This document shows, piece by piece, positions 1 through 8,494 of a DNA stretch of 49,519 bases. The DNA lies in the NCBI GenBank assembly GCA_028867115.1, contig JAGWGY010000002.1, positions 1 through 49,519 on the forward strand. The letters run 5' to 3'. The translations under genes were made by a program, and so were the position numbers. The stretch comes from Candidatus Micrarchaeota archaeon. GTDB taxonomy: Archaea; Micrarchaeota; Micrarchaeia; Micrarchaeales; CABMGC01. Below the pieces are notes generated by a model, which had not been told where the DNA came from, did no database searches, and saw only the letters and a list, made by a program, of their open reading frames with translations. How positions within the stretch are numbered: the stretch's first letter is position 1; each line of letters opens with the position of its first letter.

Positions 1-189
1 GAACCTGCTTACCAGTTCGCTCTTCAGGTACGCATCTTCAAGCGGCGAGCGCCAGTTCATGTAGATGTGTGATAGCCTTCCGGAGTTGAGCCTTATCGGC
101 TCTTCGCGGAATTCGATCGCCCCGTTCTCTATGGCAAAATTGTCGAATGCCCCCTGGTCGAATCCCCCCATTCCACCACCGCAATACAT
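1..189 (-). CDS. Phosphoribosyltransferase, PyrE-like (first 63 codons only; gene runs off the left edge)
   Basis: Absent from the ORF track because it has no stop in the window. My translation of the minus strand from ATG 189-187 gives MYCGGGMGGFDQGAFDNFAIENGAIEFREEPIRLNSGRLSHIYMNWRSPLEDAYLKSELVSRF. The GAIxF...RLxSGRxSxxY pattern resembles orotate phosphoribosyltransferase N-termini. It starts 2 nt after the stop of the upstream gene. Confidence 0.4.
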   Translation of the reverse strand, partial: MYCGGGMGGFDQGAFDNFAIENGAIEFREEPIRLNSGRLSHIYMNWRSPLEDAYLKSELVSRF

Positions 190-191
190 GC

Positions 192-1448
192 TCAGAAATC
201 AACTTTAAGCCTTTCGCCGATCTTCGGGGCGTGCGCATCGTATCCCTCGAGCTTCAGCTGCTCCGCAAGCTCGGTGGTGTTCGCCTCGTCCCCGTGAATG
301 CATATCACCTGTTCCGGCGAGCTGCGCCTCACGTAATCGTAGATGTCCTCACGGCTTGCGTGCGCCGAGAAGTCGTAGTAGTTCGTGGGCGCGCTGATCC
401 TGTACTTGCGCTCGTCTATTAGGAGAGGCTTTCCCTCTATCAGCCTCCTGCCGTTCGTCCCCTCAACCTGATACCCTGTGAGGAAGACCTTCGAATTCTG
501 CCCGAGTTTCGTTATGTAGTGCAGCACAGGGCCTCCGTTGAGCATTCCCGCAGTCGTGACGATCACGCTAGGCACGCTCAGAGCCGCATCCCTATCGCCA
601 TGCTCCTCTATCCAGTTTGCATTCTTCATCGCGCTCAGAAGCAGCTGCTTGTTCTTTGTAAATTCTGGGTTGCGCATCATTATCTCCGCGGCCTTTTTTG
701 CCATGCCGTCCATGTACGTGCAATCGATCAGTCCGTTCTGGTATAGTATGGATACTATCTCCTGCGCCCTGCCGACTGCAAAGCACGGGACAAGCGCTGT
801 CCCCCCATTCTCTACTGTGGCCTTCACGTCCTCGACGAATGATTTGACAAGCTTCTGACGGTCAGGGTGGCTTCGCGTAGCATATGTGGACTCTATCATT
901 AGGATGTCGCTCTTGACAACCTCTGCACTGCCTTGGAGGGTCTGCGGGTCGATCTTGAAATCGCCGGTGTATACGAACCTCCTATTGCTGCGCGCCTTCT
1001 CTATCAGGGTGACGGCGCTTCCGCTTATGTGGCCCGCATCGTAGAGGGTCATTGCATATTCTGAGAAGTCGATCTGGGAGTGGTACTCGTACGGAACATA
1101 CTTTCGCATGAGGTTATTGACCATCGTCCTGCTGAACTTTGGCCTCACGTTGTTCTTCTTGCTGATGCTAAACGAATCCTCGATCAGAAGCTCTGCCAGC
1201 TCCATCGTCGGCTTTGTGCCAAATGTTACTGGGAGGTACTGGTTGTAGAGCATCGGCAGCGCTCCTGTGTGGTCGAAGTGCGCGTGGCTGACCACGCACG
1301 CGTCAACGCGACCTGGCACAAGGGGAAACTCTGGCGTTATGCCTGCAGATACCTTTGCCCCGTAGTCAAGGAGTATGTTTTTGGTATCCTTGAGGAGGAA
1401 TGCCGACCTGCCAACCTCTCCTGCGCCGCCCAAGAACTGTATTTCCAA
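192..1448 (-). CDS. Metallo-beta-lactamase / beta-CASP family ribonuclease (aCPSF2- or RNase J-like, no KH domains)
   Basis: 418-aa ORF with the HxHxDH motif (SHAHFDHTGALP). It also carries DAGH, ESTY and a C-terminal CIHGD, as in beta-CASP RNA-processing MBL enzymes. Confidence 0.75.
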   Translation of the reverse strand: MEIQFLGGAGEVGRSAFLLKDTKNILLDYGAKVSAGITPEFPLVPGRVDACVVSHAHFDHTGALPMLYNQYLPVTFGTKPTMELAELLIEDSFSISKKNNVRPKFSRTMVNNLMRKYVPYEYHSQIDFSEYAMTLYDAGHISGSAVTLIEKARSNRRFVYTGDFKIDPQTLQGSAEVVKSDILMIESTYATRSHPDRQKLVKSFVEDVKATVENGGTALVPCFAVGRAQEIVSILYQNGLIDCTYMDGMAKKAAEIMMRNPEFTKNKQLLLSAMKNANWIEEHGDRDAALSVPSVIVTTAGMLNGGPVLHYITKLGQNSKVFLTGYQVEGTNGRRLIEGKPLLIDERKYRISAPTNYYDFSAHASREDIYDYVRRSSPEQVICIHGDEANTTELAEQLKLEGYDAHAPKIGERLKVDF

Positions 1449-1475
1449 CTAATTCACATCTGTCCGAGAAGAAAT

Positions 1476-1510
1476 AACACTTTATAAGTATTTACTTATC
1501 TATATCTTTA
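1476..1510. promoter_or_regulatory. Divergent promoter region with two TATA-like boxes
   Basis: tttataagta (1481-1490) lies 33-42 nt upstream of the minus-strand ATG at 1448. ttatctatatc (1496-1506) lies 27-37 nt upstream of the plus-strand ATG at 1533. Confidence 0.35.
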
Positions 1511-1532
1511 GCTCTTACCCTCAGATGATAAC

Positions 1533-2228
1533 ATGGCGATCGAAGACATCAACTTTTTGGACCTTGCATGCCTGCTCAAGATAGGCCCTGACACAGTCAT
1601 GGAGAAATTCGGCTCGCTGATCAACACGAGCTTCTTTGACGCATCCAGCATCGCCGGCACCCTTAAGCAGAAGGGGCTAATAGAGTTCACAAACGACTTC
1701 CCGGGCCCTAACGGCATGAAGGTAACCGAGCTCGGCAAGGGGCTCATATCAGAGGCTGAGGCGAAGGGGGCCGAGCAGTTTGATACGCTTGATTCCACCA
1801 TACTACAGCAGATGTCTGGAGGGAAGAGGATGCCGGCAGAACTTGGCAACACGCTCAACATCAGGAGCAAGGACCTTGCGTTTAGGCTCTACAAGCTGTA
1901 CAGGCAGAATTACATAATATACGAGCTGAAGAACGGGACGGTAGACCTTCTGCTCACGGAGAGCGGCTTCCTGAAGATAAAGGGCATGCCGATGGGCGGG
2001 ATGCAGAACATAGCCCAGCAGCAAACGCCGCAGACTCCTGCGCAAAAGCAGCCTGTGATGGGAGGCCTGTTTGGTCCAAAACAACAGCAGCAGGCACAGC
2101 AAGCCAAAACGCAGCCGGATACACAAGTGCAGCCAGTTAAGGGAAACGCTGCTACGATATACGTTGTGGTCGCGGTTGTGCTAGTTGTGGTAATTCTCGC
2201 TGTCCTCTTCATTATGAAGCTCATTTGA
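1533..2228 (+). CDS. Hypothetical tail-anchored protein with two winged-helix-like segments, a Gln-rich linker and a C-terminal TM helix
   Basis: 231-aa ORF. It has a Q/P-rich stretch (QQQTPQTPAQKQ...KQQQQAQQAKTQPDTQ) followed by the hydrophobic tail IYVVVAVVLVVVILAVLFIM at the extreme C-terminus. No family recognised. Confidence 0.55.
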   Translation: MAIEDINFLDLACLLKIGPDTVMEKFGSLINTSFFDASSIAGTLKQKGLIEFTNDFPGPNGMKVTELGKGLISEAEAKGAEQFDTLDSTILQQMSGGKRMPAELGNTLNIRSKDLAFRLYKLYRQNYIIYELKNGTVDLLLTESGFLKIKGMPMGGMQNIAQQQTPQTPAQKQPVMGGLFGPKQQQQAQQAKTQPDTQVQPVKGNAATIYVVVAVVLVVVILAVLFIMKLI

Positions 2229-2235
2229 TGATAAA

Positions 2236-2850
2236 ATGCAACTGGTTGAATACACAGCCGCTGCCCGCCTTCTTAATTCATATGGCATAAAGAGCGTTGA
2301 TAGCAGGTACGTTAGGAGCGCTGATGATGCAATCAGATTCTCAGGGGGTAAAAAAATCGCATTAAAAGCAATCTCGAGCAAGGCGCTCCACAAGACAAAG
2401 GCGGGGCTGATAAAGCTGAACCTTTTGGAAGGAGAGGAGATATCTACAGCATTTGCAGACCTTGAGAGGCGTGCGAGGAAATTCAAGCCGTACAAGATAC
2501 TTGCGCAGAAGATGTCGGCTCCCGGGATAGAGATAATAATCGGAGGGAGGGAGGATAGGCAGTTTGGGAGGATGCTACTCCTGGGCCTTGGGGGAATATA
2601 TGTGGAAACGTTCAAAGACTTCGCCCTCAGGGTGTGCCCGATAACAAGGTTCGACGCGAAGGAGATGATTGCTCAGTTAAAATCCAGAAGTGTGGTCACA
2701 TACAGCGGCAAATCAGAGAAGATGCTGGAGGAGCTGTTGCTAAGGGCGTCTAGGCTGATTTCGGAGAGCAAGCTAAGCGAGCTTGACCTCAACCCCGTGA
2801 TAATAAGAGAGGACGGGTATGAGGTCGTAGACATAAGGATACTGAGGTGA
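2236..2850 (+). CDS. acdB: Acetate--CoA ligase (ADP-forming) beta subunit, ATP-grasp domain
   Basis: 204 aa with an ATP-grasp-like N-terminus (AARLLNSYGIK...ALKAISSKALHKTKAGLIKLNL). It lies immediately upstream of the alpha subunit gene. Confidence 0.7.
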   Translation: MQLVEYTAAARLLNSYGIKSVDSRYVRSADDAIRFSGGKKIALKAISSKALHKTKAGLIKLNLLEGEEISTAFADLERRARKFKPYKILAQKMSAPGIEIIIGGREDRQFGRMLLLGLGGIYVETFKDFALRVCPITRFDAKEMIAQLKSRSVVTYSGKSEKMLEELLLRASRLISESKLSELDLNPVIIREDGYEVVDIRILR

Positions 2851-2881
2851 TTGTGCGAAGCCAAGATTTGACCTAAAGCCC

Positions 2882-4240
2882 ATGATGAAGCCGCAGAGCG
2901 TTGCGATAATAGGCGCGAGCAGCAATCCTGTGAAGGTGGGATATGTCATATTGAACAATTACATCGAGGAGGGCTACCAGGGAAGGCTCTACCCGATCAA
3001 TCCGAACGACGATAAAATCCTGGGGCTAAAGGCATACAAAAGCGTGCTTGAGGTAAGGGACAGGATTGATCTTGCGGTCATAGCCGTGCCTGCGGCCATT
3101 GTGCCGAAGGTGCTTGAGGAGTGCGGAAGGGCAAAAGTGCGCAGCGTAGTGGTGGTGAGCGGGGGATTTGCCGAGATAGGGGACCAGAAGCTGGAGGACA
3201 AGATCGTTGCGATTGCTAACAAATACAAGATGCCGATGATCGGCCCTAACTGTCTCGGCGTTATGGACCCTCGCTCAAGGATAGATACGCTCTTCCTTCC
3301 GACATTCAAGCTCAGCAAGCCCAAGATAGGGGGGGTGAGCTTTGTCTGCCAGAGCGGCGCCGTAGGAAGCACGGTGCTAGACCTTATAGCAAAGGAGGGT
3401 TTCGGGCTCTCCAAATTCATCTCCTACGGAAATGCGGCGCAGGTTGATGAGGTCGACCTGTTCGAGTACCTCATGGAAGATGACGAGACCAAGGTCATAA
3501 TCATGTACATTGAGGGGGTGAAGAGGGGCAGGGAATTCTTTGAGATAGGTAAAAGGTTGTCGATGAAAAAGCCAGTTGTTGTGCTGAAGGGAGGGGTGAC
3601 TGAGGGAGGCGCTGTTGCTGCACATTCGCACACTGCGGCGCTTGCGGGAAGCCACGAGGCATACGATGCGGTGTTTAGGCAGTGCGGCTTTGCTATTGCA
3701 AGGGACCTCACTGAGCTTTTGCATTACGGAAAGATATTTGCTTCCGAAATAGAGCCGAAGGGGGACAGGATCGCAATAATCACAAACGGTGGAGGCACTG
3801 GCGTGCTCACCACAGACGCGGTCTTCAACGCAGGTTTGAAGATGGCAGAGTTCAGTTCGCAGACAAAGAGTACGCTCAAGAAGAAGATGCCGTCCACAGT
3901 AAATATAGCAAACCCGCTCGACCTTGTCGGCGATGCTGATGACAGGAGGTATGAGGATGCGCTAAACCTTCTAGCACAGGACAAGAATGTAGAGATGTTA
4001 ATCGTGATTGCACTCTTCCAGACGCCCGGGGCTGATGAGAAGCTCTCCGAGAGGCTAGTCCACCTCAAGAGCAGCATCGATAAGCCGATGATTGTGATAA
4101 GCATCGGTGCCGGCTACACTGAGGAGAGGAAGATATTCATGGAGAACAACGGCCTGCCGGTATACGACTCGCCAGCTGCCGCTGCAAATTCGCTTGCTGA
4201 GCTTCTAAAGTACGCAAAATACAAGAAAAAGATGGTTTAG
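2882..4240 (+). CDS. acdA: Acetate--CoA ligase (ADP-forming) alpha subunit (CoA-binding plus succinyl-CoA-synthetase-like flavodoxin domains)
   Basis: 452 aa. Contains SVAIIGASSNPVKVGY, YPINP, GPNCLGV and the histidine loop AHSHTAALAG, all typical of NDP-forming acyl-CoA synthetases. Confidence 0.8.
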   Translation: MMKPQSVAIIGASSNPVKVGYVILNNYIEEGYQGRLYPINPNDDKILGLKAYKSVLEVRDRIDLAVIAVPAAIVPKVLEECGRAKVRSVVVVSGGFAEIGDQKLEDKIVAIANKYKMPMIGPNCLGVMDPRSRIDTLFLPTFKLSKPKIGGVSFVCQSGAVGSTVLDLIAKEGFGLSKFISYGNAAQVDEVDLFEYLMEDDETKVIIMYIEGVKRGREFFEIGKRLSMKKPVVVLKGGVTEGGAVAAHSHTAALAGSHEAYDAVFRQCGFAIARDLTELLHYGKIFASEIEPKGDRIAIITNGGGTGVLTTDAVFNAGLKMAEFSSQTKSTLKKKMPSTVNIANPLDLVGDADDRRYEDALNLLAQDKNVEMLIVIALFQTPGADEKLSERLVHLKSSIDKPMIVISIGAGYTEERKIFMENNGLPVYDSPAAAANSLAELLKYAKYKKKMV

Positions 4241-4244
4241 GCCA

Positions 4245-5447
4245 TTACTGCGCAAATAGCTTCTCTATTATCTGAGTTATTATCTTCTCCTTCTTCTCGT
4301 CAGAGCTGAGGATATCGAACAGCTCCGCAGGGCCTGTTTTGAGCGAGTAATCGCTCTTCTTGAGCTGCTCGAGGAATATGCTGATGCCGTAGTCCTTGAC
4401 TGACACGTTCTCGAATGTGCCTTTGCGAAGAGACTCTATCTCGGCTGATGTGTCCTTGCTCTCCATCTTGTCCTTTGCAATCTCCACTATTGCCTTCTCT
4501 TTGTAGCGCTTGAGCAGCTCCGCAAAGTCTATGTCGATTCCCTTGTAGCCGGATTTCAGCTCTCCGGCGATGACGATGCGTATTATCGGGTTTGGCCTGG
4601 AGCTTGATATCCTGTGCTCTATCTTTGAGGATACTTCCTCCTGTATCTGCCTCGGCTCCTTTCCGGTGACGTCCACCCTTTCGACATAGAAGTCATGGGA
4701 GTCTATTGCAACGAACTCGTAGCCTAAGGACTTCGTGTCGAATATGAAAAAGCCCTTTCTCTCTGTCTCCCCATCCTTTAGCTGTGTGAGCACAGTGCTC
4801 CCTGGGATAAGGAAGGGCTTGCCGAACACCTTCTCCTCTATCCTGCTGTGTATGTGCCCATCGACATACAAGTCGAACCCTTTCGGAAGCTCATCGAATT
4901 TAATGAAGTCTGTGCTGAAGGGGAGCAGCTCGTATATTGACTGGTGGAACATGAAGATGTTGAAGGCGCCGCTGATCGGCTTTGGGCCTAGCTGTGCGAG
5001 CGTGGGCCTTACCTTTTCCTCAGATAGCCCCCCGAGCGCAAATACCGCAACGCGCTCCCCGTTTTTTTCTATTTCGACCGTTGAATCGCTTGCGTCAACA
5101 AGAAGCCCAGCCATGGCAAGGAGCTCTACCGAATTCCCCGCATCCTGCGCGCGCCTCTCGTGTGTGCCCGGGATGGCGATTATCGGGACGTCTGTAAACA
5201 GGCGCCTGCTTCCTTCCGATGCGACCACCCTTGCTTTCCAGTCCCTCTTGGACAGGTTGCGGAAGAGATTTACCCCCTGTGCGAGCACCTCAAGCCTTGG
5301 GTTGCGCATGTCGAATATGTCGCCAGGTATTATCATCATGTCCGCCATTGCTGACGCCTTGTTCAATGCGTCTTCTGCCTGTCTGTATGCATCTTCGGAG
5401 AACCTCTCGTAGCCGAGATGGAAATCCGATAGGATTGCGACTCTCAT
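4245..5447 (-). CDS. mre11: DNA double-strand-break repair nuclease Mre11 (calcineurin-like metallophosphoesterase)
   Basis: 400 aa. Phosphoesterase motifs occur in order: ILSDFHLG, PGDIFD, GTHE, MFHQ, DGHIH. There is a C-terminal non-catalytic region. Confidence 0.75.
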   Translation of the reverse strand: MRVAILSDFHLGYERFSEDAYRQAEDALNKASAMADMMIIPGDIFDMRNPRLEVLAQGVNLFRNLSKRDWKARVVASEGSRRLFTDVPIIAIPGTHERRAQDAGNSVELLAMAGLLVDASDSTVEIEKNGERVAVFALGGLSEEKVRPTLAQLGPKPISGAFNIFMFHQSIYELLPFSTDFIKFDELPKGFDLYVDGHIHSRIEEKVFGKPFLIPGSTVLTQLKDGETERKGFFIFDTKSLGYEFVAIDSHDFYVERVDVTGKEPRQIQEEVSSKIEHRISSSRPNPIIRIVIAGELKSGYKGIDIDFAELLKRYKEKAIVEIAKDKMESKDTSAEIESLRKGTFENVSVKDYGISIFLEQLKKSDYSLKTGPAELFDILSSDEKKEKIITQIIEKLFAQ

Positions 5448-5451
5448 CCGA

Positions 5452-6441
5452 TCACTGCGACAATTTATCCCTTAGCTCTTTGAGTATTTTATCTATTGCC
5501 TTTTGCGCCATGCGCTTGTTTGGCCCGTATGCCCCTGCGGCTGCCGGGTGGCCTCCGCCGTTTCCTCCGAGGATTGGCCCGACCTCCCTCATGATCTTCC
5601 CTAGGTGTATCGATAGCTTCCGGTCGAGCGGTGACTTTAGCCTTGTTGAGAGTGAAACCTCTTCACTGCTGCTATGCCAGAACAGTGCGGCGTCGGCGCC
5701 GATGTTTATCGCGGTCTCTGCCGATATGTTTGCGTGGATCGTTGCTCTGCCATACATCAGAAGATAGTCGCCGATTATCTCGGTGTGCGCTGCGCAGACG
5801 TCTGCTATTGACTGCTTTCTGTTGTATGCAGGGACTTTCTCAGCGAACTGCGCCATGAAATCAGGGTACTCTACCTTCGCATACTTCAGCAGCTCTGATA
5901 TCTGGCGGAAGGTTTGTGGGTACATATTATGGAACTCAAAGGAATCTGCGATGATGCCGCTGAGCAGCGCGATTGCCTGGTCGCTGCTTATGCTTGGCTG
6001 CAGCTCCCTGAGCAGACCGTAGACAAGGCTCGCTGTGGAGTTGTAGCCCTCGTCATTGAAAACCATCAGGTTTTGCCCAGCACTGGTAGACTCAAGGTGA
6101 TGGTCTATGAACAGCACTGGTTTTTTCGACTTTGCGATTTTTGGGCCGAAGCTTCCTAGCGCCTCGGAATTGTTTGCATCTGTTATTATTATGCCGTAGA
6201 TATCCTGCGGGATCTTGTTCCCTATCTCGACCTTCCCTGACAGCTGCGCCAGCATCCTCTTTGAGGTGCTTGTTATGAAATCGGGGGTCGCTATGAGCGA
6301 GTTGGTCAGGTATTCTTTAAGTGCGACAGCAGAACCCACGCTGTCGCGGTCCCCCATAGAGTGGAAAGTGATCAGAAAACGCTCTTCCCTGTGGCTTTCG
6401 AGGAATTCGAGAACCTCCCTAGTTCCTATCCTCCTTGCCAC
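5452..6441 (-). CDS. DHH/DHHA1 family phosphoesterase (NrnA/RecJ-like)
   Basis: 329 aa. Motifs are HSMGDRDSVGS, ITDAN, FIDHH, GIIADS and the DHHA1 GGGHPAAAG. The gap to mre11 is 4 nt. Confidence 0.75.
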   Translation of the reverse strand: MARRIGTREVLEFLESHREERFLITFHSMGDRDSVGSAVALKEYLTNSLIATPDFITSTSKRMLAQLSGKVEIGNKIPQDIYGIIITDANNSEALGSFGPKIAKSKKPVLFIDHHLESTSAGQNLMVFNDEGYNSTASLVYGLLRELQPSISSDQAIALLSGIIADSFEFHNMYPQTFRQISELLKYAKVEYPDFMAQFAEKVPAYNRKQSIADVCAAHTEIIGDYLLMYGRATIHANISAETAINIGADAALFWHSSSEEVSLSTRLKSPLDRKLSIHLGKIMREVGPILGGNGGGHPAAAGAYGPNKRMAQKAIDKILKELRDKLSQ

Positions 6442-6445
6442 TACC

Positions 6446-6805
6446 TCACTGCAGGCTGCTTGACATCTGGGTGATCTTCTCCCTCAGCTGCTTCTCCCTT
6501 GCCCTGAGCTCGTTGAGCTGCTTGTTTGCGGATTGGAGCCTCACTGTGGAGGTCTCGCTCTTCTCGTCTATGTTCTTGAGCGCGGTCTCCTTGCTCGTCT
6601 CCACGATTACCCCGCCGATTGCCACGTATACTTTTCCGGTGGCTTTCCCAACCTCTTCCTTTGCGGTCTGGAGCTCGTTTGACTGCATCTGGAGCTGCTC
6701 AACCTGTATCTGGAAGTTGCGCATCTGCTCTTGGACCATCTGGTAGTCCCTTATCATCTTCTCCACCTCCTGTGGGGAGGGTTTTCCTGTTGGTTGTTCT
6801 GCCAT
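6446..6805 (-). CDS. pfdB: Prefoldin beta subunit
   Basis: 119 aa. Two coiled-coil halves flank a central beta-hairpin segment (KVYVAIGGVIVETSKETA). The size and layout match archaeal prefoldin beta. Confidence 0.75.
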   Translation of the reverse strand: MAEQPTGKPSPQEVEKMIRDYQMVQEQMRNFQIQVEQLQMQSNELQTAKEEVGKATGKVYVAIGGVIVETSKETALKNIDEKSETSTVRLQSANKQLNELRAREKQLREKITQMSSSLQ

Positions 6806-6814
6806 TCAATCACT

Positions 6815-7285
6815 TCAGTTTCTTTTTATATCTAGAAAATAAGGCAAAGTGCCCGTGGTGAGTAGTTTTACCTCGCGCGTCACTTCCGAAACCGCGTCTA
6901 CAATCTTACTATGCTCATCCTTGCTGGCTTTTTCGAACACGAATAGATCGACGATTATTTTGCGCTTCTTATCTACGCCAACTGCAGCATAGATGTCTAT
7001 TTCCGCCCTACCCCCAACGACTATTTCACTTGTATCGGACCTTCTTTTATCTTCCCAATTCTGAATTGTGGTATCTAAAAGAGCGGGCATTTTTTCTTTT
7101 AACCTCTCCGTAAGCTTGCGGGCAAGTGCATTGCGGAGCAGCTTTTCATCAATATCCATCGAATATGGCAGGACCACCTGGTTCCTGGATAATATGCTAT
7201 GGTAGATGTCCCTTGACTCAAAAATGATGTCCCCTGTGCCTATAACCAGTTTTATTGGTTCCTTTGGCTTCTTCCATAACACCAT
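6815..7285 (-). CDS. Hypothetical protein
   Basis: 156-aa ORF, 9 nt upstream of pfdB on the same strand. It is visibly more AT-rich than its neighbours. No family recognised. Confidence 0.5.
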   Translation of the reverse strand: MVLWKKPKEPIKLVIGTGDIIFESRDIYHSILSRNQVVLPYSMDIDEKLLRNALARKLTERLKEKMPALLDTTIQNWEDKRRSDTSEIVVGGRAEIDIYAAVGVDKKRKIIVDLFVFEKASKDEHSKIVDAVSEVTREVKLLTTGTLPYFLDIKRN

Positions 7286-7321
7286 TCAATCAGTATAATT
7301 TGGAAAGAAAGCAATATACGT

Positions 7322-7555
7322 CTATCCCTTCTCAGACTTCATCTCCTCCACCACGACGTCTGAGGAGTCGGTATCCTTGAATAGGTCCTTGATCAGGTTC
7401 TCGATCCCGAATTTCATCAGCTTTGCCTGGTACCTTGAGAGGAAGATTTTGTTGCCTGCCTTGTCTTTGATTATCACGGCCCCGCTGTCGTCAACAGTGA
7501 CGTAGATCGTCTCCTTTGAGTCATGGACCTTGTAGTATCTGGGCATTTGACTCAC
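7322..7555 (-). CDS. Hypothetical small protein
   Basis: 77-aa ORF (alternative ATG at 7546). It overlaps the 3' end of the upstream ORF by 26-35 nt. No family recognised. Confidence 0.4.
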   Translation of the reverse strand: MSQMPRYYKVHDSKETIYVTVDDSGAVIIKDKAGNKIFLSRYQAKLMKFGIENLIKDLFKDTDSSDVVVEEMKSEKG

Positions 7556-7907
7556 TGACCTCTATCTCTTTTACGTACTCCCTGCGCTCGGATATTGCCC
7601 CATCCCTGTCGTAAGCATAGATAGTGACCTTCATCTTGTACCTGCTCGGGTAGGTGTCACTGTTCGTGTATAGCTTTATCCTCTTTGATCGTGGGTTGTC
7701 CTTATCAAGGATGCCCAGGACAGTCTTGCCTGAAGGTAGGGATTTGTCAGGAGCGAGCGAAATAGGGGATTGTAGGTCAAAAACGCCCTCTACCCAGTAG
7801 GGCTCGGCCGCTGAAGTCTTAACCTCCAAATTGACCTCGATCTCCCTTGATGTGAAGGGCTTGACCTGGTCCTGGTTTAAGGTTAGGGTCGTTTCTATGT
7901 CAGGCAT
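7521..7907 (-). CDS. Hypothetical protein, probably an all-beta (Ig-like sandwich) fold
   Basis: 128-aa ORF with an alternating beta-strand pattern (IEVNLEVKT, YKMKVTIYAYD). A TATA-like catattaaaatc lies 25-33 nt upstream of the start. Confidence 0.5.
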   Translation of the reverse strand: MPDIETTLTLNQDQVKPFTSREIEVNLEVKTSAAEPYWVEGVFDLQSPISLAPDKSLPSGKTVLGILDKDNPRSKRIKLYTNSDTYPSRYKMKVTIYAYDRDGAISERREYVKEIEVSESNAQILQGP

Positions 7908-8028
7908 AATTGGTTATTCCCCTAGCTACATATTAAAATCTATCAGATTATTTCGTGAACGCGCTGGCGGGCGCATATAATGATTTATATACTTTAATCG
8001 GGATAGGATTGATGTCTACCCTGATTTG

Positions 8029-8493
8029 ATGGAGCTCAACGAAGCATCGCTTATAGAATCAGAGATAATGCTGCGCAACCTTAGGCTGACCAACGAGGTC
8101 CTTGAGACCAAGAGGTCGATAGCAAGGTGGCTGGCGCTCTCGCTTGGGGTAATAAACCCTGGCGAGTCGAGGCTAAGCGCGGTTGCCGTGCTCGACGCGC
8201 TTATAAACTTCCAGTTCGTGAAGGGCAGCGATCCGAACTATGACGATCTTGCAAAGTACATAAACGACAACTGGGAGCAGATGAACGAAAAGACCCTGCG
8301 CTACCACCTCCTCAAGCTCAAGAACATGGGGCTCATAGAGAACAGCAAGGGAAAGTTCTACTTCACCCCTCCGAGCTTCGGCGACAGGTTCGATGCCAAC
8401 GCATGGGCCGACAAGCTCTTCGAGGACGAGAGGAGACAGATTGCATCAAAGATAGGGAATGCTATTAAGGAACTAAAAAGCAAGCAGCAGTGA
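8029..8493 (+). CDS. Winged helix-turn-helix protein (putative transcription regulator)
   Basis: ATG at 8029 (the track begins at TTG 8026). LRYHLLKLKNMGLIENSKGKFYF looks like a wHTH recognition helix plus wing. A TATA-like gatttatatac lies about 35-45 nt upstream. Confidence 0.5.
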   Translation: MELNEASLIESEIMLRNLRLTNEVLETKRSIARWLALSLGVINPGESRLSAVAVLDALINFQFVKGSDPNYDDLAKYINDNWEQMNEKTLRYHLLKLKNMGLIENSKGKFYFTPPSFGDRFDANAWADKLFEDERRQIASKIGNAIKELKSKQQ

Positions 8494-8494
8494 T

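Noticed and set aside
7521-7555. 35-nt overlap between the 128-aa and 77-aa ORFs as a sign of a frameshifted pseudogene
   Set aside because: Both ORFs have plausible starts and read as independent small proteins. I see no sequence continuity suggesting a single ancestral frame. This cannot be settled without homologues.
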